Positions 1-5,991 of a DNA stretch of 5,991 nt are shown here, piece after piece. How positions within the stretch are numbered: the first letter of the stretch is position 1; each line of letters begins with the position of its first letter. Origin of the DNA: a virus (Duplodnaviria; Heunggongvirae; Uroviricota; Caudoviricetes); the IMG/VR virus record IMGVR_UViG_2698536454_000005, positions 1-5,991 of that record; one strand, written 5' to 3'. Below the pieces are notes generated by a model that was not told the origin of the DNA, did not search any database, and saw only the letters and a program-made list of their open reading frames with translations. Position numbers and translations under genes: made by a program.

Positions 1-1
1 G

Positions 2-659
<658 letters not shown>

Positions 660-662
660 TCC

Positions 663-995
663 ATGCATCGTATAGACACGAAAACCGCGCAGAAGGATAA
701 GTTCGGCGCGGGTAAGAACGGTTTTACCCGTGGTAACCCCCAGACCGGCACACCTGCCACCGATCTGGATGATGACTACTTTGACATGTTGCAGGAAGAA
801 CTCTGCAGCGTGGTGGAGGCATCCGGTGCCAGCCTGGAGAAGGGGCGGCATGACCAGCTGCTTACCGCGCTTCGTGCGCTGCTGTTAAGCCGCAAGAATC
901 CGTTTGGCGATATCAAATCTGATGGCACGGTGAAAACGGCTCTCGAAAACCTTGGTTTGGGAGAAGATCAGTTCAACACTATTGTTTCAGAATAA
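663..995 (+). CDS. Tail-fibre protein, constant N-terminal part (Sc-like), ending in a 9-codon stub after a crossover-site copy; truncated in this arrangement
   Basis: ATG 663 is preceded by GGAG with 6-nt spacing. The N-terminus [21 protein letters not shown] is what I recall from Mu-like/e14-like fibre N-termini. Codons ENLGLGE (946-966) are encoded by the crossover core that also begins both variable cassettes. After the core the frame runs only DQFNTIVSE then TAA. Confidence 0.75.
   Translation: MHRIDTKTAQKDKFGAGKNGFTRGNPQTGTPATDLDDDYFDMLQEELCSVVEASGASLEKGRHDQLLTALRALLLSRKNPFGDIKSDGTVKTALENLGLGEDQFNTIVSE
940..965 (+). other. Site A: 26-bp invertase crossover site inside the fibre constant-part codons (ctctcgaaaacc tt ggtttgggagaa)
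   Basis: Near-palindromic 12+2+12 layout. The right half plus next base is identical to 2510-2522 and to the reverse complement of 5912-5924. Central dinucleotide tt at 952-953. Same orientation as site B. Confidence 0.6.
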
Positions 996-1046
996 TCACT
1001 TAACCCCATTTATGTCGGTTGAGGTTATAAGTCACGGAGACCAGAT

Positions 1047-1391
1047 ATGTCCTTAAAGTATGCACATGAAAAATTTCATACTGCAGTACTTACTCTTGCG
1101 GGCCATGGAAGTATTCAAGAACGCTTGATTAATTCGTATGTTTTTAGCCTTGGGCATCTTAAAACAGCCGATGATATTCCAAATGCCTTACAAAGCAGGT
1201 TCGATGAATTATGTAAGGAACTGACTAAGTTTGATGCCACTGGCGATGAGGGGCGAGTTCAAGCAACAGTATCAAAACTTAACGATTTCGAGATCAATAA
1301 ACTGATCGAAGATATTGTCAGTCTTAACGATGATATTTGCATGAAATTGGCTCTGACGGATGAGACTTACCAAGACATACACCAAAGTTAA
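1047..1391 (+). CDS. Hypothetical small acidic protein (114 aa), AT-rich cargo gene of unknown function
   Basis: ATG 1047 preceded by GGAG 1036-1039 with 7-nt spacing. A hand-counted 100-bp sample at 1047-1146 is about 35% GC, against about 55% for 701-800. Hand count gives 19 Asp+Glu versus 11 Lys+Arg. No motif I can assign. Confidence 0.65.
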   Translation: MSLKYAHEKFHTAVLTLAGHGSIQERLINSYVFSLGHLKTADDIPNALQSRFDELCKELTKFDATGDEGRVQATVSKLNDFEINKLIEDIVSLNDDICMKLALTDETYQDIHQS

Positions 1392-1418
1392 TTGATTAAA
1401 TTCAAAAAGTTAACGTTC

Positions 1419-1441
1419 AACCAGCCAGTTTTTGGCTGGTT
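1419..1441. terminator. Putative bidirectional intrinsic terminator between the convergent 114-aa and 70-aa genes
   Basis: Perfect 9-bp stem aaccagcca (1419-1427) / tggctggtt (1433-1441) with a 5-nt loop. T-rich tract follows on the plus strand (1442-1450). On the minus strand it is followed by an A/T-rich tract containing a T5 run (complement of 1403-1407). Confidence 0.5.
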
Positions 1442-1475
1442 TATTGTCTTATAATATTCTTGCTCGAATGATGCA

Positions 1476-1688
1476 CTATTTATGATGTAATCCGGACATC
1501 AGTTCATGGACAAGATTATCTCTTTCATTGTGTTGCAACCGTAAATGCATAGCAAAAAGGTGAGCACTATCCTCATTCCTCTTCAAGCCATGCTGTTCAA
1601 GATACCCGAAAAAACGGCTTCTCTTATCCGCTATTTCCTGAGTCTGACGTGCAACATTTACCAAATTTTCTAGCGTTTTTCTTGGCAT
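1476..1688 (-). CDS. Hypothetical small His-rich protein (70 aa), cargo gene downstream of the invertase on the same strand
   Basis: ATG is the complement of 1686-1688. A perfect AGGAGG Shine-Dalgarno (complement of 1696-1701) lies 7 nt upstream. AT-rich. Seven His, no Cys. No recognisable motif. Confidence 0.65.
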   Translation of the reverse strand: MPRKTLENLVNVARQTQEIADKRSRFFGYLEQHGLKRNEDSAHLFAMHLRLQHNERDNLVHELMSGLHHK

Positions 1689-1886
1689 ACTATTTCCTCC
1701 TGAAATTGTTGTAATTCACTAGGATATTCATTTTAATTTGTATCATTTAGTACCAAAACCGCTATCAATTAACAAAGCCATCGTTGTGGTTTACCTTGCA
1801 GCCGTTTTTTGTCATTGACTCTATGTGAAAATAATGAATCATCATGAGATTGGCTCACACGTTCTTGAATTCGACGAGCTGTGTCT

Positions 1887-2441
1887 TTATTTATCTCCTG
1901 CCGGAAACCTCTGATACAAAGTCGATACGCCAACATCATAGATAATCGCAACTTTCTGGCGCGGAACTCCTGATGCAATTAATCGTCCGGCTTGTGCCCA
2001 TTGTTCTGGTGTAAGTTTGGGACGACGTCCACCAATTCGTCCCTGTGCGCGAGCAGCTTCCAGTCCAGCTTTTGTTCGTTCAACAATCAGTTCTCGTTCC
2101 ATTTCAGCCAGGGCCCCCATCACATGAAAGAAAAAGCGCCCCATTGGGGTACTGGTATCAATTGAATCCGTCAGACTACGAAAGTTGATGCCTCGTTCGC
2201 GCAACTCCTCCACCAGCACGACAAGATGCCGCATACTGCGCCCCAGTCGGTCCAGTTTCCAGACCACCAGCGTATCGCCTGCCGATAATGTCCTGAGCAG
2301 TTTTTTCAGTCCCGGCCTTTCGGACTTTGTACCGCTTATCTTGTCTTCAAAAATCAGCTCGCATCCTGCACAGTTCAGCGCATTACGTTGTAGATCTGTG
2401 TTCTGGTCATTTGTTGACACACGTACATAGCCAATAAGCAT
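1887..2441 (-). CDS. pin: Site-specific serine DNA invertase, Hin/Gin/Cin/Pin family
   Basis: Starting from the MLIGYVRVSTNDQ methionine (complement of 2439-2441) gives 184 aa. Catalytic serine lies in the RVSTNDQ context near the N-terminus. Conserved blocks LVVWKLDRLGRS and GRFFFHVMGALAEMERELI are present, with a C-terminal helix-turn-helix (GVSTLYQRFP). AGGGAG sits 7 nt upstream. The ORF-track start at 2477 adds 12 residues encoded by the inverted repeat and is probably not the real start. Confidence 0.93.
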   Translation of the reverse strand: MLIGYVRVSTNDQNTDLQRNALNCAGCELIFEDKISGTKSERPGLKKLLRTLSAGDTLVVWKLDRLGRSMRHLVVLVEELRERGINFRSLTDSIDTSTPMGRFFFHVMGALAEMERELIVERTKAGLEAARAQGRIGGRRPKLTPEQWAQAGRLIASGVPRQKVAIIYDVGVSTLYQRFPAGDK

Positions 2442-2442
2442 G

Positions 2443-2522
2443 GTAGATCTCCCTGACAAAAGCAGGAATGATGCCATTTGCTCGTTATTTCTGCATTTTC
2501 ATAAACGTTGGTTTGGGAGAAG
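2443..2522. repeat. Left inverted repeat (80 bp) of the invertible segment; contains the invertase RBS and site B
   Basis: 2443-2522 is the exact reverse complement of 5912-5991, compared base by base. Identity ends at 2523/5911. Confidence 0.9.
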
Positions 2523-2962
2523 CGGCAAAACGAAATGTGGGCAACGGGGAAAACCAAATCCCTGATATGTCTTTCTGGACGGTTACTGGTGGCAATGGAA
2601 ATTTTGTGATTCGTCAACCTGACGGGCTAATCATTCAGATGGTTACTGTAAGTATAAGCGGTCCAGTGGCGATGAATGGAATGACTGATAATGCTTATGC
2701 CATTACAGGTTCTAATAAGTCTTATATTGCCACAGCCACATTGCCCTTTGTATTTCCTAATAAGGTGCTGGGCGTTATCCCTCTGGTATCAACAACAGCT
2801 TATGGTGGTGTATCCAGTAATATTACAGGTTCATACGCGACGGCGGTTTGTTCTTTTGCCGCTGTCAGGGGGAATAATACGATTGTGTTCAAAGTCGACA
2901 AACCACTGAATGCAGCCTTTCCTTCAGATACCAGCGTCTCAGCGTTAATCATTGGACGGTAA
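2468..2962 (+). CDS. Tail-fibre C-terminal variable cassette Sv1; the first 18 codons are encoded by the inverted repeat and the cassette is not joined to the constant part in this arrangement
   Basis: The frame is continuous with the GLGE codons of the crossover core and unique sequence starts at 2523. Gly/Thr/Ser/Asn/Val-rich 146-aa tip. Stop TAA 2960-2962 is followed 2 nt later by the ATG of a tail-fibre assembly gene. Confidence 0.65.
   Translation: MMPFARYFCIFINVGLGEAAKRNVGNGENQIPDMSFWTVTGGNGNFVIRQPDGLIIQMVTVSISGPVAMNGMTDNAYAITGSNKSYIATATLPFVFPNKVLGVIPLVSTTAYGGVSSNITGSYATAVCSFAAVRGNNTIVFKVDKPLNAAFPSDTSVSALIIGR
2496..2521 (+). other. Site B: 26-bp crossover site (ttttcataaacg tt ggtttgggagaa)
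   Basis: 12+2+12 layout with central tt at 2508-2509. Resembles hix/gix-type sites as I recall them. Lies at the inner end of the left inverted repeat. Confidence 0.7.
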
Positions 2963-3978
2963 GAATGAACTCAGTATTCTTTTCACCCGCAAGTAAAAGT
3001 TTTTATCTGCAAGAATTGTTTCCAGAATATGAGGATGCGGGAACGCTTCCTGATGATGTTATTGAAATTACCAGAGAAACATATGAGCAATTTCTTGGGC
3101 TGCATCCAGAAGGGAAAGAAATTGGCGCTGACAGTTCAGGACGGCCAATATGGATTAATTCCCCGCCGCCTTCAAAAGAGGATGAGATGCTGGCGGCTGA
3201 AATGAAAAAGATATCTTTGGTTTCAGAAGTCAATACCTACATCAATACCCATCAGTGGCCTGGCAAAGCTGCTATTGGTCGTCTGAAAGGTTACGAGCTG
3301 GAACAATATAATTTATGGCTGGATTATCTGGACGCACTGGAACTGGTTGATACCTCCAGTGCTCCAGATATTGAATGGCCTACGCCTCCGGTAGTTCAGG
3401 CCAGATGACATCCGGCGCGGTGCTGGTATCTGTTGCAGTCACCGCGTCAATGTAATCCAGCACAGCGTTAAGCCGGGTTGTTTCTGCCTGCGTCAGCTTC
3501 CGCCCGGCCTGCAATTTCAGCTGAATCAGACTAATGGAAGCCATAGCAGCATCAATCAGTGACTGGCGCCGTACTTCTGCCGCGTCTACTGCGGCGTTAT
3601 GCTGTGCCTCAGTATCGGTCACCCATTTCTCACCATCCCATTTATCGTATGACGTTAACGGGGCGATAGTGGTTGTATTTTCAGGGTAATCACCCGGAAC
3701 TGTGATTTCTTTTGATTCTCCTGTTTCGGTGCTATAGACGATTTCACCGCGATGGTCTGGCACATATTCCCATGAGTTAAAATCTGCAGAACGGCAAATT
3801 GCATAACCAGCTTTATATGAGCCAGGAGCATCTAAACAGGAACATGCCGGGATACCAACACCCACAGCAAGATATTCAGTTGATGTGGAAATATATTCCC
3901 GTGTTTCACCATCATAATTATAAACGGTAATGTCTCCGGCCTTTGTGGCGATGAGTTCATTATTTAATACAGCTTTAC
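2508..3978. repeat. Tandem direct repeat, copy 1 (1471 bp)
   Basis: Matches 3980-5450 at an offset of 1472. Supported by identical translations of three ORF pairs and by reading the boundary regions and one ~470-nt internal stretch directly. Base 3979 matches neither flank. Confidence 0.85.
2965..3408 (+). CDS. Tail-fibre assembly chaperone (Tfa; Mu U / P2 G family) partnered with Sv1
   Basis: C-terminus DTSSAPDIEWPTPP matches the conserved Tfa C-terminal motif (compare APDVIWPELP in the other Tfa here). Coupled immediately downstream of Sv1. Confidence 0.8.
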   Translation: MNSVFFSPASKSFYLQELFPEYEDAGTLPDDVIEITRETYEQFLGLHPEGKEIGADSSGRPIWINSPPPSKEDEMLAAEMKKISLVSEVNTYINTHQWPGKAAIGRLKGYELEQYNLWLDYLDALELVDTSSAPDIEWPTPPVVQAR

Positions 3979-4000
3979 ATTGGTTTGGGAGAAGCGGCAA
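3380..4000 (-). CDS. Tail-fibre assembly chaperone (Tfa) copy whose native ATG start is replaced by the duplication junction; possibly non-functional
   Basis: Identical to the 4852-5457 product from KAVLNNELIATK onward. The native MIS start is absent and the only in-frame start is TTG at 4000, inside the crossover core. Its 3' end overlaps the convergent Tfa gene by 29 bp (3380-3408). Confidence 0.45.
   Translation of the reverse strand: MPLLPNQCKAVLNNELIATKAGDITVYNYDGETREYISTSTEYLAVGVGIPACSCLDAPGSYKAGYAICRSADFNSWEYVPDHRGEIVYSTETGESKEITVPGDYPENTTTIAPLTSYDKWDGEKWVTDTEAQHNAAVDAAEVRRQSLIDAAMASISLIQLKLQAGRKLTQAETTRLNAVLDYIDAVTATDTSTAPDVIWPELPEA
3968..3993 (+). other. Site C: hybrid junction carrying a crossover core half-site (tacagctttaca tt ggtttgggagaa)
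   Basis: The right half and central tt are identical to sites A and B. The left half is the start region of the Tfa gene and does not resemble a site half. Probably a recombination product junction rather than a functional full site. Confidence 0.5.
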
Positions 4001-4434
4001 AACGAAATGTGGGCAACGGGGAAAACCAAATCCCTGATATGTCTTTCTGGACGGTTACTGGTGGCAATGGAAATTTTGTGATTCGTCAACCTGACGGGCT
4101 AATCATTCAGATGGTTACTGTAAGTATAAGCGGTCCAGTGGCGATGAATGGAATGACTGATAATGCTTATGCCATTACAGGTTCTAATAAGTCTTATATT
4201 GCCACAGCCACATTGCCCTTTGTATTTCCTAATAAGGTGCTGGGCGTTATCCCTCTGGTATCAACAACAGCTTATGGTGGTGTATCCAGTAATATTACAG
4301 GTTCATACGCGACGGCGGTTTGTTCTTTTGCCGCTGTCAGGGGGAATAATACGATTGTGTTCAAAGTCGACAAACCACTGAATGCAGCCTTTCCTTCAGA
4401 TACCAGCGTCTCAGCGTTAATCATTGGACGGTAA
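3985..4434 (+). CDS. Duplicate Sv1 variable cassette with no start codon; expressible only if fused to the constant part at site C
   Basis: Translation identical to Sv1 from GEAAKRNVG onward. The frame is closed upstream by TGA at 3952-3954 and has no ATG. Begins at the crossover core. Confidence 0.5.
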   Translation: MGEAAKRNVGNGENQIPDMSFWTVTGGNGNFVIRQPDGLIIQMVTVSISGPVAMNGMTDNAYAITGSNKSYIATATLPFVFPNKVLGVIPLVSTTAYGGVSSNITGSYATAVCSFAAVRGNNTIVFKVDKPLNAAFPSDTSVSALIIGR

Positions 4435-4436
4435 GA

Positions 4437-4880
4437 ATGAACTCAGTATTCTTTTCACCCGCAAGTAAAAGTTTTTATCTGCAAGAATTGTTTCCAGAAT
4501 ATGAGGATGCGGGAACGCTTCCTGATGATGTTATTGAAATTACCAGAGAAACATATGAGCAATTTCTTGGGCTGCATCCAGAAGGGAAAGAAATTGGCGC
4601 TGACAGTTCAGGACGGCCAATATGGATTAATTCCCCGCCGCCTTCAAAAGAGGATGAGATGCTGGCGGCTGAAATGAAAAAGATATCTTTGGTTTCAGAA
4701 GTCAATACCTACATCAATACCCATCAGTGGCCTGGCAAAGCTGCTATTGGTCGTCTGAAAGGTTACGAGCTGGAACAATATAATTTATGGCTGGATTATC
4801 TGGACGCACTGGAACTGGTTGATACCTCCAGTGCTCCAGATATTGAATGGCCTACGCCTCCGGTAGTTCAGGCCAGATGA
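4437..4880 (+). CDS. Tail-fibre assembly chaperone (Tfa), duplicate of 2965-3408
   Basis: Translation identical to the 2965-3408 product. Confidence 0.75.
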   Translation: MNSVFFSPASKSFYLQELFPEYEDAGTLPDDVIEITRETYEQFLGLHPEGKEIGADSSGRPIWINSPPPSKEDEMLAAEMKKISLVSEVNTYINTHQWPGKAAIGRLKGYELEQYNLWLDYLDALELVDTSSAPDIEWPTPPVVQAR

Positions 4881-5457
4881 CATCCGGCGCGGTGCTGGTA
4901 TCTGTTGCAGTCACCGCGTCAATGTAATCCAGCACAGCGTTAAGCCGGGTTGTTTCTGCCTGCGTCAGCTTCCGCCCGGCCTGCAATTTCAGCTGAATCA
5001 GACTAATGGAAGCCATAGCAGCATCAATCAGTGACTGGCGCCGTACTTCTGCCGCGTCTACTGCGGCGTTATGCTGTGCCTCAGTATCGGTCACCCATTT
5101 CTCACCATCCCATTTATCGTATGACGTTAACGGGGCGATAGTGGTTGTATTTTCAGGGTAATCACCCGGAACTGTGATTTCTTTTGATTCTCCTGTTTCG
5201 GTGCTATAGACGATTTCACCGCGATGGTCTGGCACATATTCCCATGAGTTAAAATCTGCAGAACGGCAAATTGCATAACCAGCTTTATATGAGCCAGGAG
5301 CATCTAAACAGGAACATGCCGGGATACCAACACCCACAGCAAGATATTCAGTTGATGTGGAAATATATTCCCGTGTTTCACCATCATAATTATAAACGGT
5401 AATGTCTCCGGCCTTTGTGGCGATGAGTTCATTATTTAATACAGCTTTACTTATCAT
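4852..5457 (-). CDS. Tail-fibre assembly chaperone (Tfa; TfaE / Mu U' type) partnered with Sv2
   Basis: ATG (complement of 5455-5457) overlaps the Sv2 stop in an ATGA arrangement. C-terminus TSTAPDVIWPELPEA carries the conserved Tfa motif. Confidence 0.85.
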   Translation of the reverse strand: MISKAVLNNELIATKAGDITVYNYDGETREYISTSTEYLAVGVGIPACSCLDAPGSYKAGYAICRSADFNSWEYVPDHRGEIVYSTETGESKEITVPGDYPENTTTIAPLTSYDKWDGEKWVTDTEAQHNAAVDAAEVRRQSLIDAAMASISLIQLKLQAGRKLTQAETTRLNAVLDYIDAVTATDTSTAPDVIWPELPEA

Positions 5458-5966
5458 GCAGCCCTCACAATATAATTAAAGGCGATGTTACGGGAGCGGG
5501 TTTCAGATGCTGTGCGAACTGAGCGAGATGCGTCGAATGTCCAGTTATAAGCGCCATAACCCTCAATAATTTCGGCTTCCTTTAGACCTGTAGATAATAC
5601 TTGCCCATGTTGACTAAATGGCCCTGAACTAAGTACGTCTCTAAAAAGCTGGGTACGCCCAAAAGAACCAACAATATTCTGAATTGCATCATTCTGTGCA
5701 GATAATAAGTTACGACCAGAGTCAATCCCGCGCCCATCATCCCAGCCACGAATAAATTCACCGCGTAAATCTGGTAATTTTAATGTTGGGTAAGCCTTTG
5801 CCAGATTTGGGTACTTTTCAGAAGAAAATACTGCTCCGTTACATTTTAGCCACCCCGTTGGCGGAGTGGCGGAAGGCCACGGAACAGGCACACCAACGGG
5901 TAATGCCGAACCTTCTCCCAAACCAACGTTTATGAAAATGCAGAAATAACGAGCAAATGGCATCAT
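5454..5966 (-). CDS. Tail-fibre C-terminal variable cassette Sv2 (receptor-binding tip of the P2 H / Mu S / Stf type); first 18 codons encoded by the inverted repeat
   Basis: Carries conserved tail-fibre tip motifs: PWPSATPPTGWLKCNGA, YPNLAKAYP, LPDLRGEFIRGWDDGRGID and the C-terminal NIAFNYIVRAA. In frame with GLGE of the crossover core. Confidence 0.85.
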   Translation of the reverse strand: MMPFARYFCIFINVGLGEGSALPVGVPVPWPSATPPTGWLKCNGAVFSSEKYPNLAKAYPTLKLPDLRGEFIRGWDDGRGIDSGRNLLSAQNDAIQNIVGSFGRTQLFRDVLSSGPFSQHGQVLSTGLKEAEIIEGYGAYNWTFDASRSVRTASETRSRNIAFNYIVRAA

Positions 5967-5991
5967 TCCTGCTTTTGTCAGGGAGATCTAC
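5912..5991. repeat. Right inverted repeat (80 bp, cut by the window end)
   Basis: Exact reverse complement of 2443-2522. May extend beyond position 5991. Confidence 0.9.
5913..5938 (+). other. Site D: 26-bp crossover site (ttctcccaaacc aa cgtttatgaaaa), inverted relative to A, B and C
   Basis: Reverse complement of site B, with central aa at 5925-5926. Confidence 0.7.

Larger units (their letters stand above)
3980..5450. repeat. Tandem direct repeat, copy 2 (1471 bp)
   Basis: See copy 1. Copy 2 runs on into the native Tfa start (ATG, complement of 5455-5457) and Sv2. Confidence 0.85.

Noticed and set aside
1047-1688. The 114-aa and 70-aa genes as a classical toxin-antitoxin pair
   Set aside because: The genes are convergent with a shared stem-loop between them, not a co-directional overlapping operon. 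A functional link is possible but a type II toxin-antitoxin layout is not supported.
1769-2617. ORFs 1769-1978 (minus), 2185-2430 (plus) and 2375-2617 (minus) overlapping the invertase gene
   Set aside because: They overlap the strongly supported invertase CDS or the inverted repeat in other frames and are most likely frame artefacts.
3340-3450. Imperfect inverted repeat around 3394 (and its duplicate near 4866) as a terminator or recombination site
   Set aside because: It is explained by two homologous Tfa genes converging and overlapping by 29 bp, each encoding the conserved APD-WP C-terminal motif on opposite strands.
3968-3993. Site C as a full functional crossover site
   Set aside because: Only the right half and central tt match. 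The left half is Tfa start-region sequence with poor resemblance to a site half, so it is better read as a rearrangement junction.
2691-4705. Small ORFs 2691-2909 and 4163-4381 (plus), 3003-3233 and 4475-4705 (minus)
   Set aside because: Each is embedded in or antisense to the Sv1 or Tfa cassettes and is present twice only because of the tandem duplication.

Overview
This window is a phage/prophage tail-fibre host-range switch of the Mu G / P1 C / e14 P type. Family names are from memory of conserved motifs, not from a search. It contains a tail/baseplate gene (48-659), the constant N-terminal part of a tail-fibre gene (663-995), and a Hin/Gin/Cin/Pin-family serine invertase (1887-2441, minus strand). 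A ~3.4 kb segment bounded by 80-bp inverted repeats (2443-2522 and 5912-5991) carries two alternative fibre C-terminal cassettes, each with its own tail-fibre assembly chaperone. Three things are unusual. First, the fibre constant part stops 9 codons after a crossover-site copy and is separated from the invertible segment by an AT-rich ~0.9 kb island encoding two small unassignable proteins (114 aa and 70 aa) plus the invertase. Second, the crossover core ttggtttgggagaag occurs four times (three direct, one inverted), so invertase and cargo lie inside a larger unit that could invert or excise. Third, a 1.47 kb tandem duplication inside the invertible segment joins exactly at a crossover-core copy. 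No complete tail-fibre ORF exists in the arrangement shown. No rRNA, tRNA or CRISPR array was seen.
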